Shown: positions 41,773-52,360, counted from the stretch's first letter. The stretch: DNA of 64,000 bases from Sedimentisphaerales bacterium (GCA_963663805.2 CAXXMR010000020.1:160001-224000), one strand, 5' to 3'. Numbers and translations are program-made. Notes: generated from the sequence alone by a model not told the origin.

Positions 41773-42773
41773 GTTATCAGCCACCATATACCATTACACC
41801 TGCAATCATCACGCTAATTGAGCAAATTGGAGAGGCACTTGGCAAGTTGTCACTGCTGGACAAGTCGCAGGATTTGCGATTGCGGCGGATTCACCGCATC
41901 CAGACCATTCACGGCTCACTGGCTATCGAGGGCAATACGCTCACAGAGGAACAGATCAGTACCATTCTTGATGGCAAGCCGGTTGTCGCCCCGCCTCGTG
42001 AAGTGCAGGAAGTGCGTAACGCCATCAAAGCATACGACGCATTTCAGGCCTGGAATCCTGCAAGCAAAACCGACCTGCTCAAGGCCCATGAAATCCTGAT
42101 GACGGGACTGCTTGACGCGCCCGGCCAGTATCGCACCAGTAGCGTTGGTGTGGGTGGTTCAGGCGGAATTGTTCATGTTGCCCCGCCTGCCAAACGAGTG
42201 CCAGAACTGATGGCTAACCTGCTGGGTTGGCTGAAAACAACCGACCAACACGCACTGATTAAAAGCTGTGTCTTTCATTATGAGTTTGAGTTTATCCATC
42301 CCTTCATCGATGGCAATGGCCGCTTGGGCAGACTGTGGCAAACTCTCATCCTAAACCGATGGAACTCCTTATTTGCTGATATTCCCGTGGAAAGCATAGT
42401 CTATGCCCATCAACAGGAATATTACACAGCTATCGCTAAAAGCTCAAAAGATGGGCAATCCACTGTGTTTATTACCTTTATGCTGGAGATGATTTGGGAT
42501 AAAATTCAATCATTCCGCGATGCTACCCCCCAAGTGGCCCCGCAAGACGCCCCCCAAGTTAAAAAGCTTTTCCAGGTGCTTATTGGCGAGATGAGCCGGG
42601 AGGAAATACTTTCTGCTTTGGGGTTGAAAGATCGCAAATCGATGACTGAACGCTACCTCAGACCGGCACTGGCGGCAGGCTTAATAGAAATGACCATTCC
42701 TGACAAACCCAACAGCCGTAACCAGAAATACCGTTTGACCACCAAGGGCAAGCAATTTATGGAGGGTAGATGA
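41769..42773 (+). CDS. Fic-family protein with C-terminal HTH
   Basis: [12 protein letters not shown] catalytic motif; SLAIEGN inhibitory helix; [16 protein letters not shown]. Confidence 0.93.
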   Translation: MSYQPPYTITPAIITLIEQIGEALGKLSLLDKSQDLRLRRIHRIQTIHGSLAIEGNTLTEEQISTILDGKPVVAPPREVQEVRNAIKAYDAFQAWNPASKTDLLKAHEILMTGLLDAPGQYRTSSVGVGGSGGIVHVAPPAKRVPELMANLLGWLKTTDQHALIKSCVFHYEFEFIHPFIDGNGRLGRLWQTLILNRWNSLFADIPVESIVYAHQQEYYTAIAKSSKDGQSTVFITFMLEMIWDKIQSFRDATPQVAPQDAPQVKKLFQVLIGEMSREEILSALGLKDRKSMTERYLRPALAAGLIEMTIPDKPNSRNQKYRLTTKGKQFMEGR

Positions 42774-42823
42774 TTAATACTTGCGACAAACTTATGACAC
42801 AACTTGCGACAGGCCGTTAGAAC

Positions 42824-43035
42824 TGTAAACGTCGGTTGAAAAGTGCGTCGGTGGGCGGGGCGGTTTAAAATTGCGGCACCTCATTAAAAATGCCGAAGAA
42901 GTCAGGTGATATAAGTTGCTTGTTTTTGGAGGCTTACGAGGTGTACGTTGATATGAGATTTTGGAATGAGATTCGCCAACGGGTATTGGTCAAAGGTGTC
43001 AGCAAGCGTCAGATTCTGCGTGAGACGGGCATCCA
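42824..43035 (+). mobile_element. IS21 left-end fragment with istA start
   Basis: tgtaaacgtcggttgaaaagtgcgtcgg, also found at 51192; MYVDMRFWNEIRQRVLVKGVSKRQILRETGI then breaks off. Confidence 0.8.
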
Positions 43036-43577
43036 ATAACGCCAAAAACAGGAGGCTTTTTCCCCCTCAACCGAAGATGAGGAACAAGGGAAACAAGACA
43101 GTAACACACCAGACGATTAACGGCTCGATTAGGGTTACTGGAAAGCAGAAAGGAACGTCGCATAGCGTGCCATTAAATAAACTCACTCACGATGTTGTGC
43201 TTCTTGCGTTTTTTTTCTTGTTTTTTGTCACTTAGTGACATACACTCGCTGTTGGAGGTTGGGCATCGGATGGTTATGCTGGTTTTTGGAAAGCTGTAAG
43301 CTTTGGCCGGTCGAATGTGCTTGTCGCCAGTTGGATTGGTGGGTAAAAGGAGCAAATATAAGATTTGCTTCTCCAAGGGGATGTTGTTTAGTTTTTTTGT
43401 ATTAACTCTCAGAATGATCGAATGTTATGCGATATCGGCGATTAATCTGTAGCCTACCGAAATTTCTGCCAACTCGATTATTTCTAATATTTCGAGTTTG
43501 CTCTTGGAGGTTAAGAATAATTTTCATATAATCATATCGTGTTGTGTGGGTTTGTATTGTAGGGACATAGTGGTTGG

Positions 43578-44111
43578 ATGACGGAAGAGGTAGGTGTTCA
43601 TAACCGGGTTCGCATCGCTACAGAAATATTTGTAGAACATGAGAATTATATAAAAAAAGTCATCAGAAGTAAGGTTTACGACCATCAATTGGAGCGTGAC
43701 TTGTACCAGGAGTTTTTTCTTACCCTTGTAAAAACTCCTATCCCTAATACAGTTAAAAATATTCGGGGATATCTTTACATGATTTTAACAAGGGATATTA
43801 TTGATGCTTCCCGGCAGGAAATACGATATAAAAAAAATATACAAAAATACGCCGAGAATCATCGGCATCGTAAATTTTATATTGAACAAGATACTATCGA
43901 AAACAGGGATGAAATTAGTAAAGTTTTTGACGCAATGAGCAACTATCTTTCCGAGCGAGAAATGGATGCGGTTGTACTAAGGTATAAGCTGGATTATACG
44001 ACCCAAGAAGTGGCTGAAAAATTATCCGTTAAGCCTCAAACTGTAAGCAGATATGTATCCGTAAGCTTAAGTAAAATAAGGCAGCGGCTGGATGTGAATA
44101 TAAGGGGCTGA
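43578..44111 (+). CDS. ECF-type sigma-70 factor
   Basis: DLYQEFFL region 2, LSEREMDAVVLRY...TQEVAEKL region 4; 177 aa. Confidence 0.85.
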   Translation: MTEEVGVHNRVRIATEIFVEHENYIKKVIRSKVYDHQLERDLYQEFFLTLVKTPIPNTVKNIRGYLYMILTRDIIDASRQEIRYKKNIQKYAENHRHRKFYIEQDTIENRDEISKVFDAMSNYLSEREMDAVVLRYKLDYTTQEVAEKLSVKPQTVSRYVSVSLSKIRQRLDVNIRG

Positions 44112-44114
44112 TAT

Positions 44115-45776
44115 ATGGTTTGCCATAACGAAGAATTATTTTGCCGTACTTATGAAATCTATTATGGTTATTTTATTGATGAAGATGTGCCAGAGGAGGT
44201 GCCATACGAAGCCTGGGAACATATTCAAAAATGTAGTCGTTGCCAGCAGAAGATTGACGAGCTGAAGAGATTAGCTAGTGCACCAGAGGCTGGAAGCAAT
44301 GATGATTTCCTTCTTGGGACTTTAGCGTTACACTTTTCCTGTGCTAATAAACCTATCACCTGCCAAGATGTTAAACCCTTTCTGCCGTGCTTTGCAATCC
44401 CGCAAAGTGAATTAGGTATACCAACCCCAGTTACTATTCACATTGACAAATGCTCTGGATGCAGCTCTATAATTGAACAATTATCAGAATGGCAATTATC
44501 AAACGATCAATATTCTCGATTATCTCGTTTTTTTTCGGATAAAGCTGATGAGAATGCTGTAATTTGTTTTCAAGCCCAACAGCAAATACATAAAATTGCC
44601 AAACTTGATTTTGTCCATATAAACATTGAGTTAATAAATCATATTTGCCTATGCCCAATCTGCAGACAAATACTTTGTCAGGAAAGGCAAAAGATGATTC
44701 AAAACCCATCCGTTGATCATTTAGATAAATCCTTTCCTTGCCATAAAGTATTGCCAAAAGATTTGTTTGATTATGTTTTGCCGTATGGTTTGTGTTTTTC
44801 CGATGACGACAAGGCGGCATTTCGAGATTCTTTGGTTGTGCATTTGAGAGAATGCCCAAAGTGCCTTGGCAAAATACAAGATCTGCATAAGGTCATATTT
44901 AACATGAAAGAAGCCGATTCTGGCATCGTCACCTTATATGAATTGCAGGAAAACAATATTGATAGTCCGGCAGGAGATTTAAAAACAAGTGTTTCAAATA
45001 GATCTATTGACAATAATGCTATTTCCAAGCGACATGGCATAGATATTATACGTCGCCATCCTAAAAGCACACCTCTCCCTAATCGCGATCGGCCTTCTGT
45101 AAGAAGTTTCAAAACCATAATTAAACCACTGGTTGCAGCAGCGGTCTTTTTAATAATTTTGGCAATGTTCAATCAACTAATCGATCCTGCCTATGGATTT
45201 GACAGGATTTGGCAAGCACTTTCGACAGTCAATAATATTCACATAATGCAGTTCCAGGGCAAATCACCCAATAATCTTTATCAAGAAGAATGGATTTCTA
45301 AAGAGAAAAATATTTACATCAAGCAAGAAAAAAGCAAAATAACGTTAATTGATATAAATCAGCAAACCATATCAATCAATAAAATAGGTGGCGATCAAAT
45401 TGAGAGCATGTCCATTTCGGATAGAGATGCCGGAAATCTAAAAAAAATGATGCAAGCTAACATTTTGAAATTATTACCTTTTGAGCAAATTGCGGATATT
45501 CCTGAAAATGCCAAGTGGAATAGGCTCGATACCGTTGAGGCTGACCCTGATATAGAAGTCTACGAAATGACCTGGGTAGATAACAGTCGAAACTCTACCC
45601 ATGCCATTAAAAAGTGGCGCTGCTATGTTGACACAGAAAGCAAGTTACTAAGAAAAAGCGAGTGGTCTGTCAAGTTTGCAAATCAAGAAGAATTTACCCT
45701 ACAGCTAACCAAAGTTGCAAAATATCTCACTAATGAAGAATTCGATTTGGTGACAAAACCAAATTTCTTAAGATAG
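44115..45776 (+). CDS. Membrane-anchored anti-sigma-like protein with four HxxxCxxC motifs
   Basis: HIQKCSRC, HIDKCSGC, HICLCPIC, HLRECPKC; TM helix LVAAAVFLIILAMF; directly after the sigma gene. Confidence 0.7.
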   Translation: MVCHNEELFCRTYEIYYGYFIDEDVPEEVPYEAWEHIQKCSRCQQKIDELKRLASAPEAGSNDDFLLGTLALHFSCANKPITCQDVKPFLPCFAIPQSELGIPTPVTIHIDKCSGCSSIIEQLSEWQLSNDQYSRLSRFFSDKADENAVICFQAQQQIHKIAKLDFVHINIELINHICLCPICRQILCQERQKMIQNPSVDHLDKSFPCHKVLPKDLFDYVLPYGLCFSDDDKAAFRDSLVVHLRECPKCLGKIQDLHKVIFNMKEADSGIVTLYELQENNIDSPAGDLKTSVSNRSIDNNAISKRHGIDIIRRHPKSTPLPNRDRPSVRSFKTIIKPLVAAAVFLIILAMFNQLIDPAYGFDRIWQALSTVNNIHIMQFQGKSPNNLYQEEWISKEKNIYIKQEKSKITLIDINQQTISINKIGGDQIESMSISDRDAGNLKKMMQANILKLLPFEQIADIPENAKWNRLDTVEADPDIEVYEMTWVDNSRNSTHAIKKWRCYVDTESKLLRKSEWSVKFANQEEFTLQLTKVAKYLTNEEFDLVTKPNFLR

Positions 45777-45778
45777 TG

Positions 45779-46639
45779 CTATTCAGTACACCATCCTGGC
45801 CTTAGATTAAGGTATTGGTTGTTTTCAAAAAGTACTAAGAACTTTTCACTGGGTTCTCTTTGCACGTGGCCGTCAACATATCCGGTATTTACAGTTTTTG
45901 CCATATGGCGACCTTTTGTGGCATCTTCCCTTTGGCCATTCCATATGTTTTTAGATGAGTTGATCGAGAGACCAGGCAGGTAATTCATATCTGCAAGTGT
46001 ATTTTGGAGTGGCCTGGGGGGATGTAGAGTGACATGCCACCAGTTAATAATGCTATAGCCGCTATCTACTATCAGGAAAACAGAAGAGGGCTGAGGAATT
46101 TTAGACATGACTTTGGAATTGCCTGTAAACTCAAGAAGGCTTTTTTTTAATGGCAAACTTTTGCACACTGACTGATTTACACCATAATTACCCCACAAAA
46201 TATTTTCATCAATATCAAATTTGTGTTTTACTTGCCTTGAGGGGCAACGTAATATACTATTTGAAGTGAAATTTGTTCCAATTTCTTTAGACAAAAACTG
46301 AAACCACCACCAACCCTGATAATCGTAACTTGCACTCCCTATGTAACCTCCAGGGGGTTCGCTAGCATTAGCTGACACATAAATCGAAGGTGGATAATAT
46401 CTGTTATCAAGCGTGTATAAATCTAAAGAAAAGATTAATTGCTTTACGTTAGCAGCACAAGCAACTGCCTGAGCATTCTTACGAGCCGAAGCTAACGCCG
46501 GCAACAAAATAACAACAAGCAAAGCAATAACAGCAATTACTACCATTAATTCAACTAAAGTAAAAGCATTGTCCCTTTTATGCCAGGTCTTACGTAAACC
46601 TAAAATTTCCGAGCAAAAACTTTCCAGAGCATTATACAT
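45779..46639 (-). CDS. Prepilin-type N-terminal cleavage/methylation protein with H-X9-DG domain
   Basis: AFTLVELMVVIAVIALL...LPAL..AR, CPS, RH...NTGYVDGHV. Confidence 0.9.
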   Translation of the reverse strand: MYNALESFCSEILGLRKTWHKRDNAFTLVELMVVIAVIALLVVILLPALASARKNAQAVACAANVKQLIFSLDLYTLDNRYYPPSIYVSANASEPPGGYIGSASYDYQGWWWFQFLSKEIGTNFTSNSILRCPSRQVKHKFDIDENILWGNYGVNQSVCKSLPLKKSLLEFTGNSKVMSKIPQPSSVFLIVDSGYSIINWWHVTLHPPRPLQNTLADMNYLPGLSINSSKNIWNGQREDATKGRHMAKTVNTGYVDGHVQREPSEKFLVLFENNQYLNLRPGWCTE

Positions 46640-46647
46640 TTTATTCG

Positions 46648-47515
46648 TTAGGTTTTTTTATAGCTTTTTCGGTACGCCAAGACAGAACAACCAAATCCCA
46701 TCAACAAAATGGATACCGGTTCAGGAGTCTGGTTAATGGTAATTGTGTATTGTGGGTCGTACATACTCATGCTGTGATCATAAAAATCAATACCGACCGG
46801 TCCTGCCTTTTGAGCGATATAATCAAGAAACAAACCAGTTTCCAATAACAGGGGATCTTCCCGTGTACAAATCGAAACCATCAATCTCAGAGTCTTCCCA
46901 GTCATACACAGTTGCGTCTTCCCCTGCACTATTGAGGAAATGAACGGAAACGGCATTGGAAAAGTTGGCTGTGTTACGCCGGCGAATTGGGCGATTCAAA
47001 ACCTTGCGACAGACTCTTAAGAAATTGTTCACCCCCAATATCGAAAAGGCGTTGACCTTCCTTGATGATTCACAACTGCCGTCAACGTCCAACGCGGTTG
47101 AACGGGGCTATCGCCGCCATCGAAAAATGCAGAAGAGTGTCTATCGGGCCGCGTGGCATAGAGCTCCCCCAATAGTTCGTCTTCCGAAGAAATCACTAAG
47201 CTACCACCCCAACTCAGATTCTGGTCACCGGAAACCTTAAAAACCAACTGCGTGAGAGCCTGTCCAGTCACCAAAATACTGCGGGCCGCGTGCATAGAGC
47301 TCCCCCAATAGTTCGTCTTCCGAAGAAATCACTAAGCTACCACCCCAACTCAGATTCTGGTCACCGGAAACCTTAAAAACCAACTGCGTACCCGACAAGA
47401 TGGGTCTATAGTCAAAAATGCTCTCGCCATCAGCCTCATAAACAGTAACTGTTACTTCCGCCCGAGCAACCGCCAATAAAGTCCCAAATAAAATTAAGAT
47501 AAAAACCGACCGCAT
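46648..47515 (-). pseudogene. PEP-CTERM-like exported protein disrupted by a composite insertion and a 1-base frameshift
   Basis: Signal peptide MRSVFIL...ARA; C-terminal TPEPVSILLMGFGCSVLAYRK; reconstructs as GDWTGSH|FLNSAGEDA. Confidence 0.75.
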
Positions 47516-47820
47516 CGCCTCTCCTCTCTCTATCCCAAAAAAAACACAGGCAACATGTTACGGATAGTTATATTAACTCACAGTCGGGAAAAATTCAAGT
47601 AAGTTTTTTTGACCAATGGCACATCATTAAGTATTGTAAATAAACGAGATACAAGATTATCGGCTCTCAGTGGTACGGTCCGCAGACATTTTCCGCCCCA
47701 AGCCCCATAGTTTACAGGGGTTTGGGGCTTAATCCGCGAGTTTAGTTGAGCTCTTCAGTTGCTGGAAAAATCTGGATAATGTCATCAATTCAAACTTTTT
47801 GTGCTACATTCCGACCTCAC

Positions 47821-49653
47821 TCACATACAGGCTCTCATGGTAAGGGTTGTCCAATTACCGGTTATGGTACAATTCGGGTAATTGAGAAGGTCATCTATAC
47901 ACATTGAATATATGAGACGCGGCAGTATCTGGCCCGAACAGCTGCCAGAGGTGTCACAGATACATCCCCACCTTTCATAGAAGTAATCATAGGTCCCTTC
48001 GCAACTCGAAATACAATAGAAGATTTCCTCTGGTTGTAGTAGATTGGAACAGGAATAAAAACCGGTTTCGCATGCAGCGCCTCGTATCGCCTGCTGCTGA
48101 GCAAGGTCCAATACCTGAGTTGTGTCAGGAAGAGCAAGCGGTTGGGACGATATAATCAAGGCTGTCCCCTCTGTCCAGTCGAAGTCAAACTGGTTAAGTT
48201 TTGTGCGATAATAAAACTTGTTTTTAGCCAAATCAATCAGTCGAATATAATCGTCATCAATATTGCCAACCACTACAAAATGATTGTTGCCGGGTATATG
48301 AAGTATGATTTTGTAATGTGACAAAGTTTTCAGTGTTTCAATATCAGTATTAACCGCTTGCGTATAAAGTCCCAAGCTGTTGGCAAATTGCCCCAAATGA
48401 TATAAACTGGTAGTGCTATCCGAGGAACTGATAATTGAGGACAATTGTGAATCATTTACCGTTACCCCCATCTTAGGGGCAATATATTTCATCGCGAGTG
48501 TCGCACAATTTTGAGTTGAAGTTGTTTCACTTGCCGCCAAACGAATTGCCAAAAGTTCTTCGGAATCTATTCCATCGCCTTCTTCAGTCTGGCTGGATTT
48601 TAAATACATCAAAGCCTTTTGCCTATTGGGAACATAGTGCTCAATAAGAGCATCTTCGGCCATATCTACAGTCATAGCTTTTTCATCGGGAATGGATGTG
48701 TCAATCAAAGTAAAACGCCAGATGTCACTTGAGACAAGGCGTGGAGAAGACCATTTGCCATCATATTTTTCCATGGCAATTTCACTGGGGATCCAGCTGT
48801 TGCCGAATAGTTTGTAGTCATAATACTGCCATGTATGCGTAGTATTATTGGGCAGGGAGATGGTGCAGGATTCTGTCGCATAATTTTTGTCTGCAGCAAG
48901 AGTGAAGCAGTATTCATTTCCATAAGAAAAAGTTATTTTCAAATTCACTTTCATTTGAGAGTCAATTTCGCTTTCCATGCCAGAAATTTCGGCCGAGTCA
49001 ATAAGATTATCGTAGCTGAAATTACCGCTTCCCCAATGAATAAAACCTGCGGTTAGTGCACTTTGAATATTCGTTGGATCGTTGTTAACTCTTGACGATT
49101 CGCTGATGGTAGCGTACTTCGTCGAATTGGAATACCTGGTATATCTATTTCCATCCCAAACGGTAACTCTGTTTGCATTCCACTCTAAGTTAAAGTGATC
49201 ATACATAAATGTATGACCCAGTGGCGGTCTAATAGTATCAGTACGATTTAGAACATCAATCTGCTTATAATACTTCAAGCCATTGACGTGAATGATAACT
49301 TTGGTGGTCATGGTGTATTCATTACTGATTCGATATCGAACGTTAAATGGCATCGCCTCAAGTTTCATAGCCTGCAAATCAGGGTCAATTTCTGGCTTAT
49401 AATTACTTGCTATATACTTCTCTTTAGCCTGTTCAATTTTTTGTAAAATCTGAGATTCATCAGTAATTTGGGGGGCGCAATATTCTTCGTGGACAGCAAC
49501 AATGGTGCCATTTTCAATCCAGCCCCTAGCAGGATTGTTACATAATTGCTTAAGAATTGCCTTTATCTCCGAGTCGGACAAACTCCTATCAGCAACAGCC
49601 AAGGTTTGCATAATTGACAATATGAGGATAAAAAAATACATTTTCGCCTTCAT
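47821..49653 (-). CDS. Secreted protein with C39-like peptidase domain and Cys-rich C-terminal tail
   Basis: Signal peptide; QNC, TSLYHL, HFVVV, 16 aa later D (LIDL); LDLAQQQAIRGA; 84-aa tail with 10 Cys. Confidence 0.8.
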   Translation of the reverse strand: MKAKMYFFILILSIMQTLAVADRSLSDSEIKAILKQLCNNPARGWIENGTIVAVHEEYCAPQITDESQILQKIEQAKEKYIASNYKPEIDPDLQAMKLEAMPFNVRYRISNEYTMTTKVIIHVNGLKYYKQIDVLNRTDTIRPPLGHTFMYDHFNLEWNANRVTVWDGNRYTRYSNSTKYATISESSRVNNDPTNIQSALTAGFIHWGSGNFSYDNLIDSAEISGMESEIDSQMKVNLKITFSYGNEYCFTLAADKNYATESCTISLPNNTTHTWQYYDYKLFGNSWIPSEIAMEKYDGKWSSPRLVSSDIWRFTLIDTSIPDEKAMTVDMAEDALIEHYVPNRQKALMYLKSSQTEEGDGIDSEELLAIRLAASETTSTQNCATLAMKYIAPKMGVTVNDSQLSSIISSSDSTTSLYHLGQFANSLGLYTQAVNTDIETLKTLSHYKIILHIPGNNHFVVVGNIDDDYIRLIDLAKNKFYYRTKLNQFDFDWTEGTALIISSQPLALPDTTQVLDLAQQQAIRGAACETGFYSCSNLLQPEEIFYCISSCEGTYDYFYERWGCICDTSGSCSGQILPRLIYSMCIDDLLNYPNCTITGNWTTLTMRACM

Positions 49654-50030
49654 AACACCTACTCCATATCGAAGTTACCATGAGCGAGCCCTTCCATAAG
49701 AACCCTTGTACATAAGATGTCGTTCCTGGAGGTGCCAAAGTTGATAAAAAAAATATTTTTCTATAAACTATCTATCTTTGGGGCATTATGGCAATGGCAG
49801 GCCATTTGTGATTGGCCAACTCCAATTATAGGCCTAAAAATATTAATCCTATCGAAATGCAAAAATATTGTTAGATTGGGTAAAATAAGATTTCTTGAGA
49901 CAAATAAAAAATATTGATAAGAAAGGATTGTTTATATATCATCGAGAAGGTTTTTGGCGTTAGTTAGCATTTTTAGTTCCAAATCGCTGGTGATTGTCTA
50001 TCGTTACTTTTTAAGAATAAGGGTGTTACA

Positions 50031-51026
50031 ATGAATAAGGTTGACCGGCTGCAAAGAATATTGAGGTTGCTTGGGCTGCTGCAGTCAGATTTACCTCTTG
50101 GCCCGCATGATCTCGCCAGAAAATTGAATGTTTCAGCCCGCACAATATACCGCGACTTAAAACTCTTGCAACATGCCGGATATGATTTTATTTATGATGA
50201 TAATCTTCAGAAATATGTAGCCTATAGTACTACTCCTCATCTTAAATTAGAAACCGAGGATATGAAGTCGCTGATGTTGGCGGCTAATCATTTGAGTCCG
50301 GAATCCGGTTCTTTAGCAAGCCGTGCCATTGAAGCTGTTGGTAAAATAATGCAATGGCTCCCGCAGAAAATTCAGCAGCAATGTACTTATTTTGCCAGCA
50401 ATTTTTCCATATCTGAATATCCCCAAATTAATACTAATCATCAAAAACTGTTTAACGATTTGCAAGAAGCTCTCGAAAAACGTCTGCGTACCAAAATCAA
50501 ATATACTGTCAAAAATTCGACCATCCAGCAAACTACAATTCTATCTCCTTACCATCTTAGAATGGGAGAACTAGGCTGGCAGATAATCGGTTATTCAACC
50601 CTACATCATAAAGTGATTAATTTGTCCGCTCCACAAATTGGAACAGTAGAGTTGTTGGCTGAAAGATATGTCATACCTTCAACCTTCAATATCCAGGACC
50701 TTTTCAAATTTGCTTGGTCGGCCAATCCTGAAGGGCAACTTTATCAGGTTAGTCTAAGATTTCAGCCTGCTGCCTCATATCGTGTTTTAAATGTCCGTTG
50801 GCATTCTACCCAAAAAATTACTATTGATGAGAATGGTTATATTAATTTCGAAGTTAAGGTGGACGGGTTGCAGGAGATAGTCTGGTGGATTATTGGTTTT
50901 GGAGACTTGGTTGAAGTGCTGGAACCAGCGACTTTACGCCACCGGGTTGCTGATATCACGGGCAATATGTACTCCCTTTATCATAATAAGGCTTCAAGAT
51001 GTGGCACTACAGAGAACGCAGTGTAG
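50031..51026 (+). CDS. HTH-WYL-WCX (PafB/YafY-like) transcriptional regulator
   Basis: LARKLNVSARTIYRDL, SPYHL...WQIIGY, WHSTQ, WIIGFGDLVEVLEP..LR. Confidence 0.9.
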   Translation: MNKVDRLQRILRLLGLLQSDLPLGPHDLARKLNVSARTIYRDLKLLQHAGYDFIYDDNLQKYVAYSTTPHLKLETEDMKSLMLAANHLSPESGSLASRAIEAVGKIMQWLPQKIQQQCTYFASNFSISEYPQINTNHQKLFNDLQEALEKRLRTKIKYTVKNSTIQQTTILSPYHLRMGELGWQIIGYSTLHHKVINLSAPQIGTVELLAERYVIPSTFNIQDLFKFAWSANPEGQLYQVSLRFQPAASYRVLNVRWHSTQKITIDENGYINFEVKVDGLQEIVWWIIGFGDLVEVLEPATLRHRVADITGNMYSLYHNKASRCGTTENAV

Positions 51027-51148
51027 TTGTCAAGCAAGCGTGATACCGCTTTAAAGCGGCTGAAATTCGAAAATTTTGCTCTTTGAAAAGTGGTTCCCAA
51101 ATCAAACTAATGTGAACAAGCCGGACAGTTACGCCAGGCCAAAGGCTG
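51022..51148 (+). mobile_element. Decayed IS end plus group II intron 5' relic
   Basis: Similar to the reverse complement of about 63262-63388: tgtagttgtcaa...gctctttgaaaagt then ctaatgtgaacaag..ggccaaaggct. Confidence 0.8.
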
Positions 51149-51191
51149 TGTAAAGGATTTAAATGATAAAATCCCATTGCAAATCACCAGC

Positions 51192-52360
51192 TGTAAACGT
51201 CGGTTGAAAAGTGCGTCGGTGGGCGGTTGAAAACCGCGGCACCTAGGTTGTATATAGCCCATACTCTACGGGCTGTCAAATATTGTTATGGGACTTTATC
51301 CTGGCCTGCGGCGGTTCTTAGCTTCTCTGAGCCGATAGCTTTGGCCATTGGCTTCCAGGATATGTACTCGATGGGTCAGGCGGTCCAGCAGGGCTCCGGT
51401 TAAGCGTTCGTTGCCCATCACCTCGGCCCAGTTCTCGAACGGCAGGTTCGTCGTGACGATCAAACTGGAGCGTTCATAAGCTCTGCTGATCACCTCGAAC
51501 AGCAGTTCCGCCCCGACCTTCGTAAAAGGCACATAGCCCAGTTCGTCCAGCACCAGCAAATGCTGCTTCTCCAATTGTTTCTGCAAGCGTTCCAGCATTC
51601 GCTGTTCGCGTTTTTCTAATAGCTGTGTCACCAGATTCGTCACCGAATAAAACTTCACCTTCTTGCCCGCTGCGCACGCGGCATAAGCGATGGCGATTGC
51701 CAAATGCGTTTTGCCGGTTCCGCTGTTGCCCATCAGTAAAATATTTTCCTTCTTATCGATAAATTCGCCGCGTAATAATTCTTTCACCAGAGCTTCATTA
51801 ATCGTCGGCTGAGCCTTAAAGTGAAAACTCTCTATCGTTTTTATTATCGGGAACCCGGCCGATTTAATTCTGCACTGGGCGGCGCGTTGTTCTCTTTCGA
51901 TCAGCTCACGTTCGAGAAGTCGCAAAAGGAATGTTTCAAAATCGACATTATCCTTAGCACAGGCTGCCGCAACTGTTTTATACTCTCTTAATATCGTCGG
52001 CATCTTCAAAGTTTTCAGGTGATGCTCCAGTAGAACCGAAGGCGTTTTCGAACTCATATCGTCACCGCCTTTCCGGTTAGTTCATTGTAAACATCAAGTT
52101 TCGCGGGATACACTGTAACGCCTGCTAAATGTTCCCGGCCGGCCAATGAGAACAGTTCAATCGTCGGAGACTCATAATCCAGACAATACTGTTTAATAAT
52201 ATCTGAGTAGGGATTACGATAGCGCAGGGCCTGCTCGATGGCTTTGGTTAACCTTTTGAGAGAATATTTTTCCAGCAGACATAAAATGGAAATATACTCT
52301 TTGGTTCCCTGGTGCTTTTCGTCCGCTTCAGATTCCAGACGTTTACGTAATACCTCAAAA
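51192..52360 (-). mobile_element. IS21 right-hand part (istA 3' fragment plus istB), cut by IS3
   Basis: Terminal repeat at 51192; istA C-terminus GTKEYISIL; no istA continuation beyond IS3. Confidence 0.88.
51296..52057 (-). CDS. istB: IS21 helper ATPase
   Basis: GNSGTGKT, VLDELGY, ALLDRLTH. Confidence 0.93.
   Translation of the reverse strand: MSSKTPSVLLEHHLKTLKMPTILREYKTVAAACAKDNVDFETFLLRLLERELIEREQRAAQCRIKSAGFPIIKTIESFHFKAQPTINEALVKELLRGEFIDKKENILLMGNSGTGKTHLAIAIAYAACAAGKKVKFYSVTNLVTQLLEKREQRMLERLQKQLEKQHLLVLDELGYVPFTKVGAELLFEVISRAYERSSLIVTTNLPFENWAEVMGNERLTGALLDRLTHRVHILEANGQSYRLREAKNRRRPG

Noticed and set aside
47695..47728. Terminator between C39 and PEP-CTERM genes
   Set aside because: Hairpin present but no U-tract on the coding strand; function unclear.
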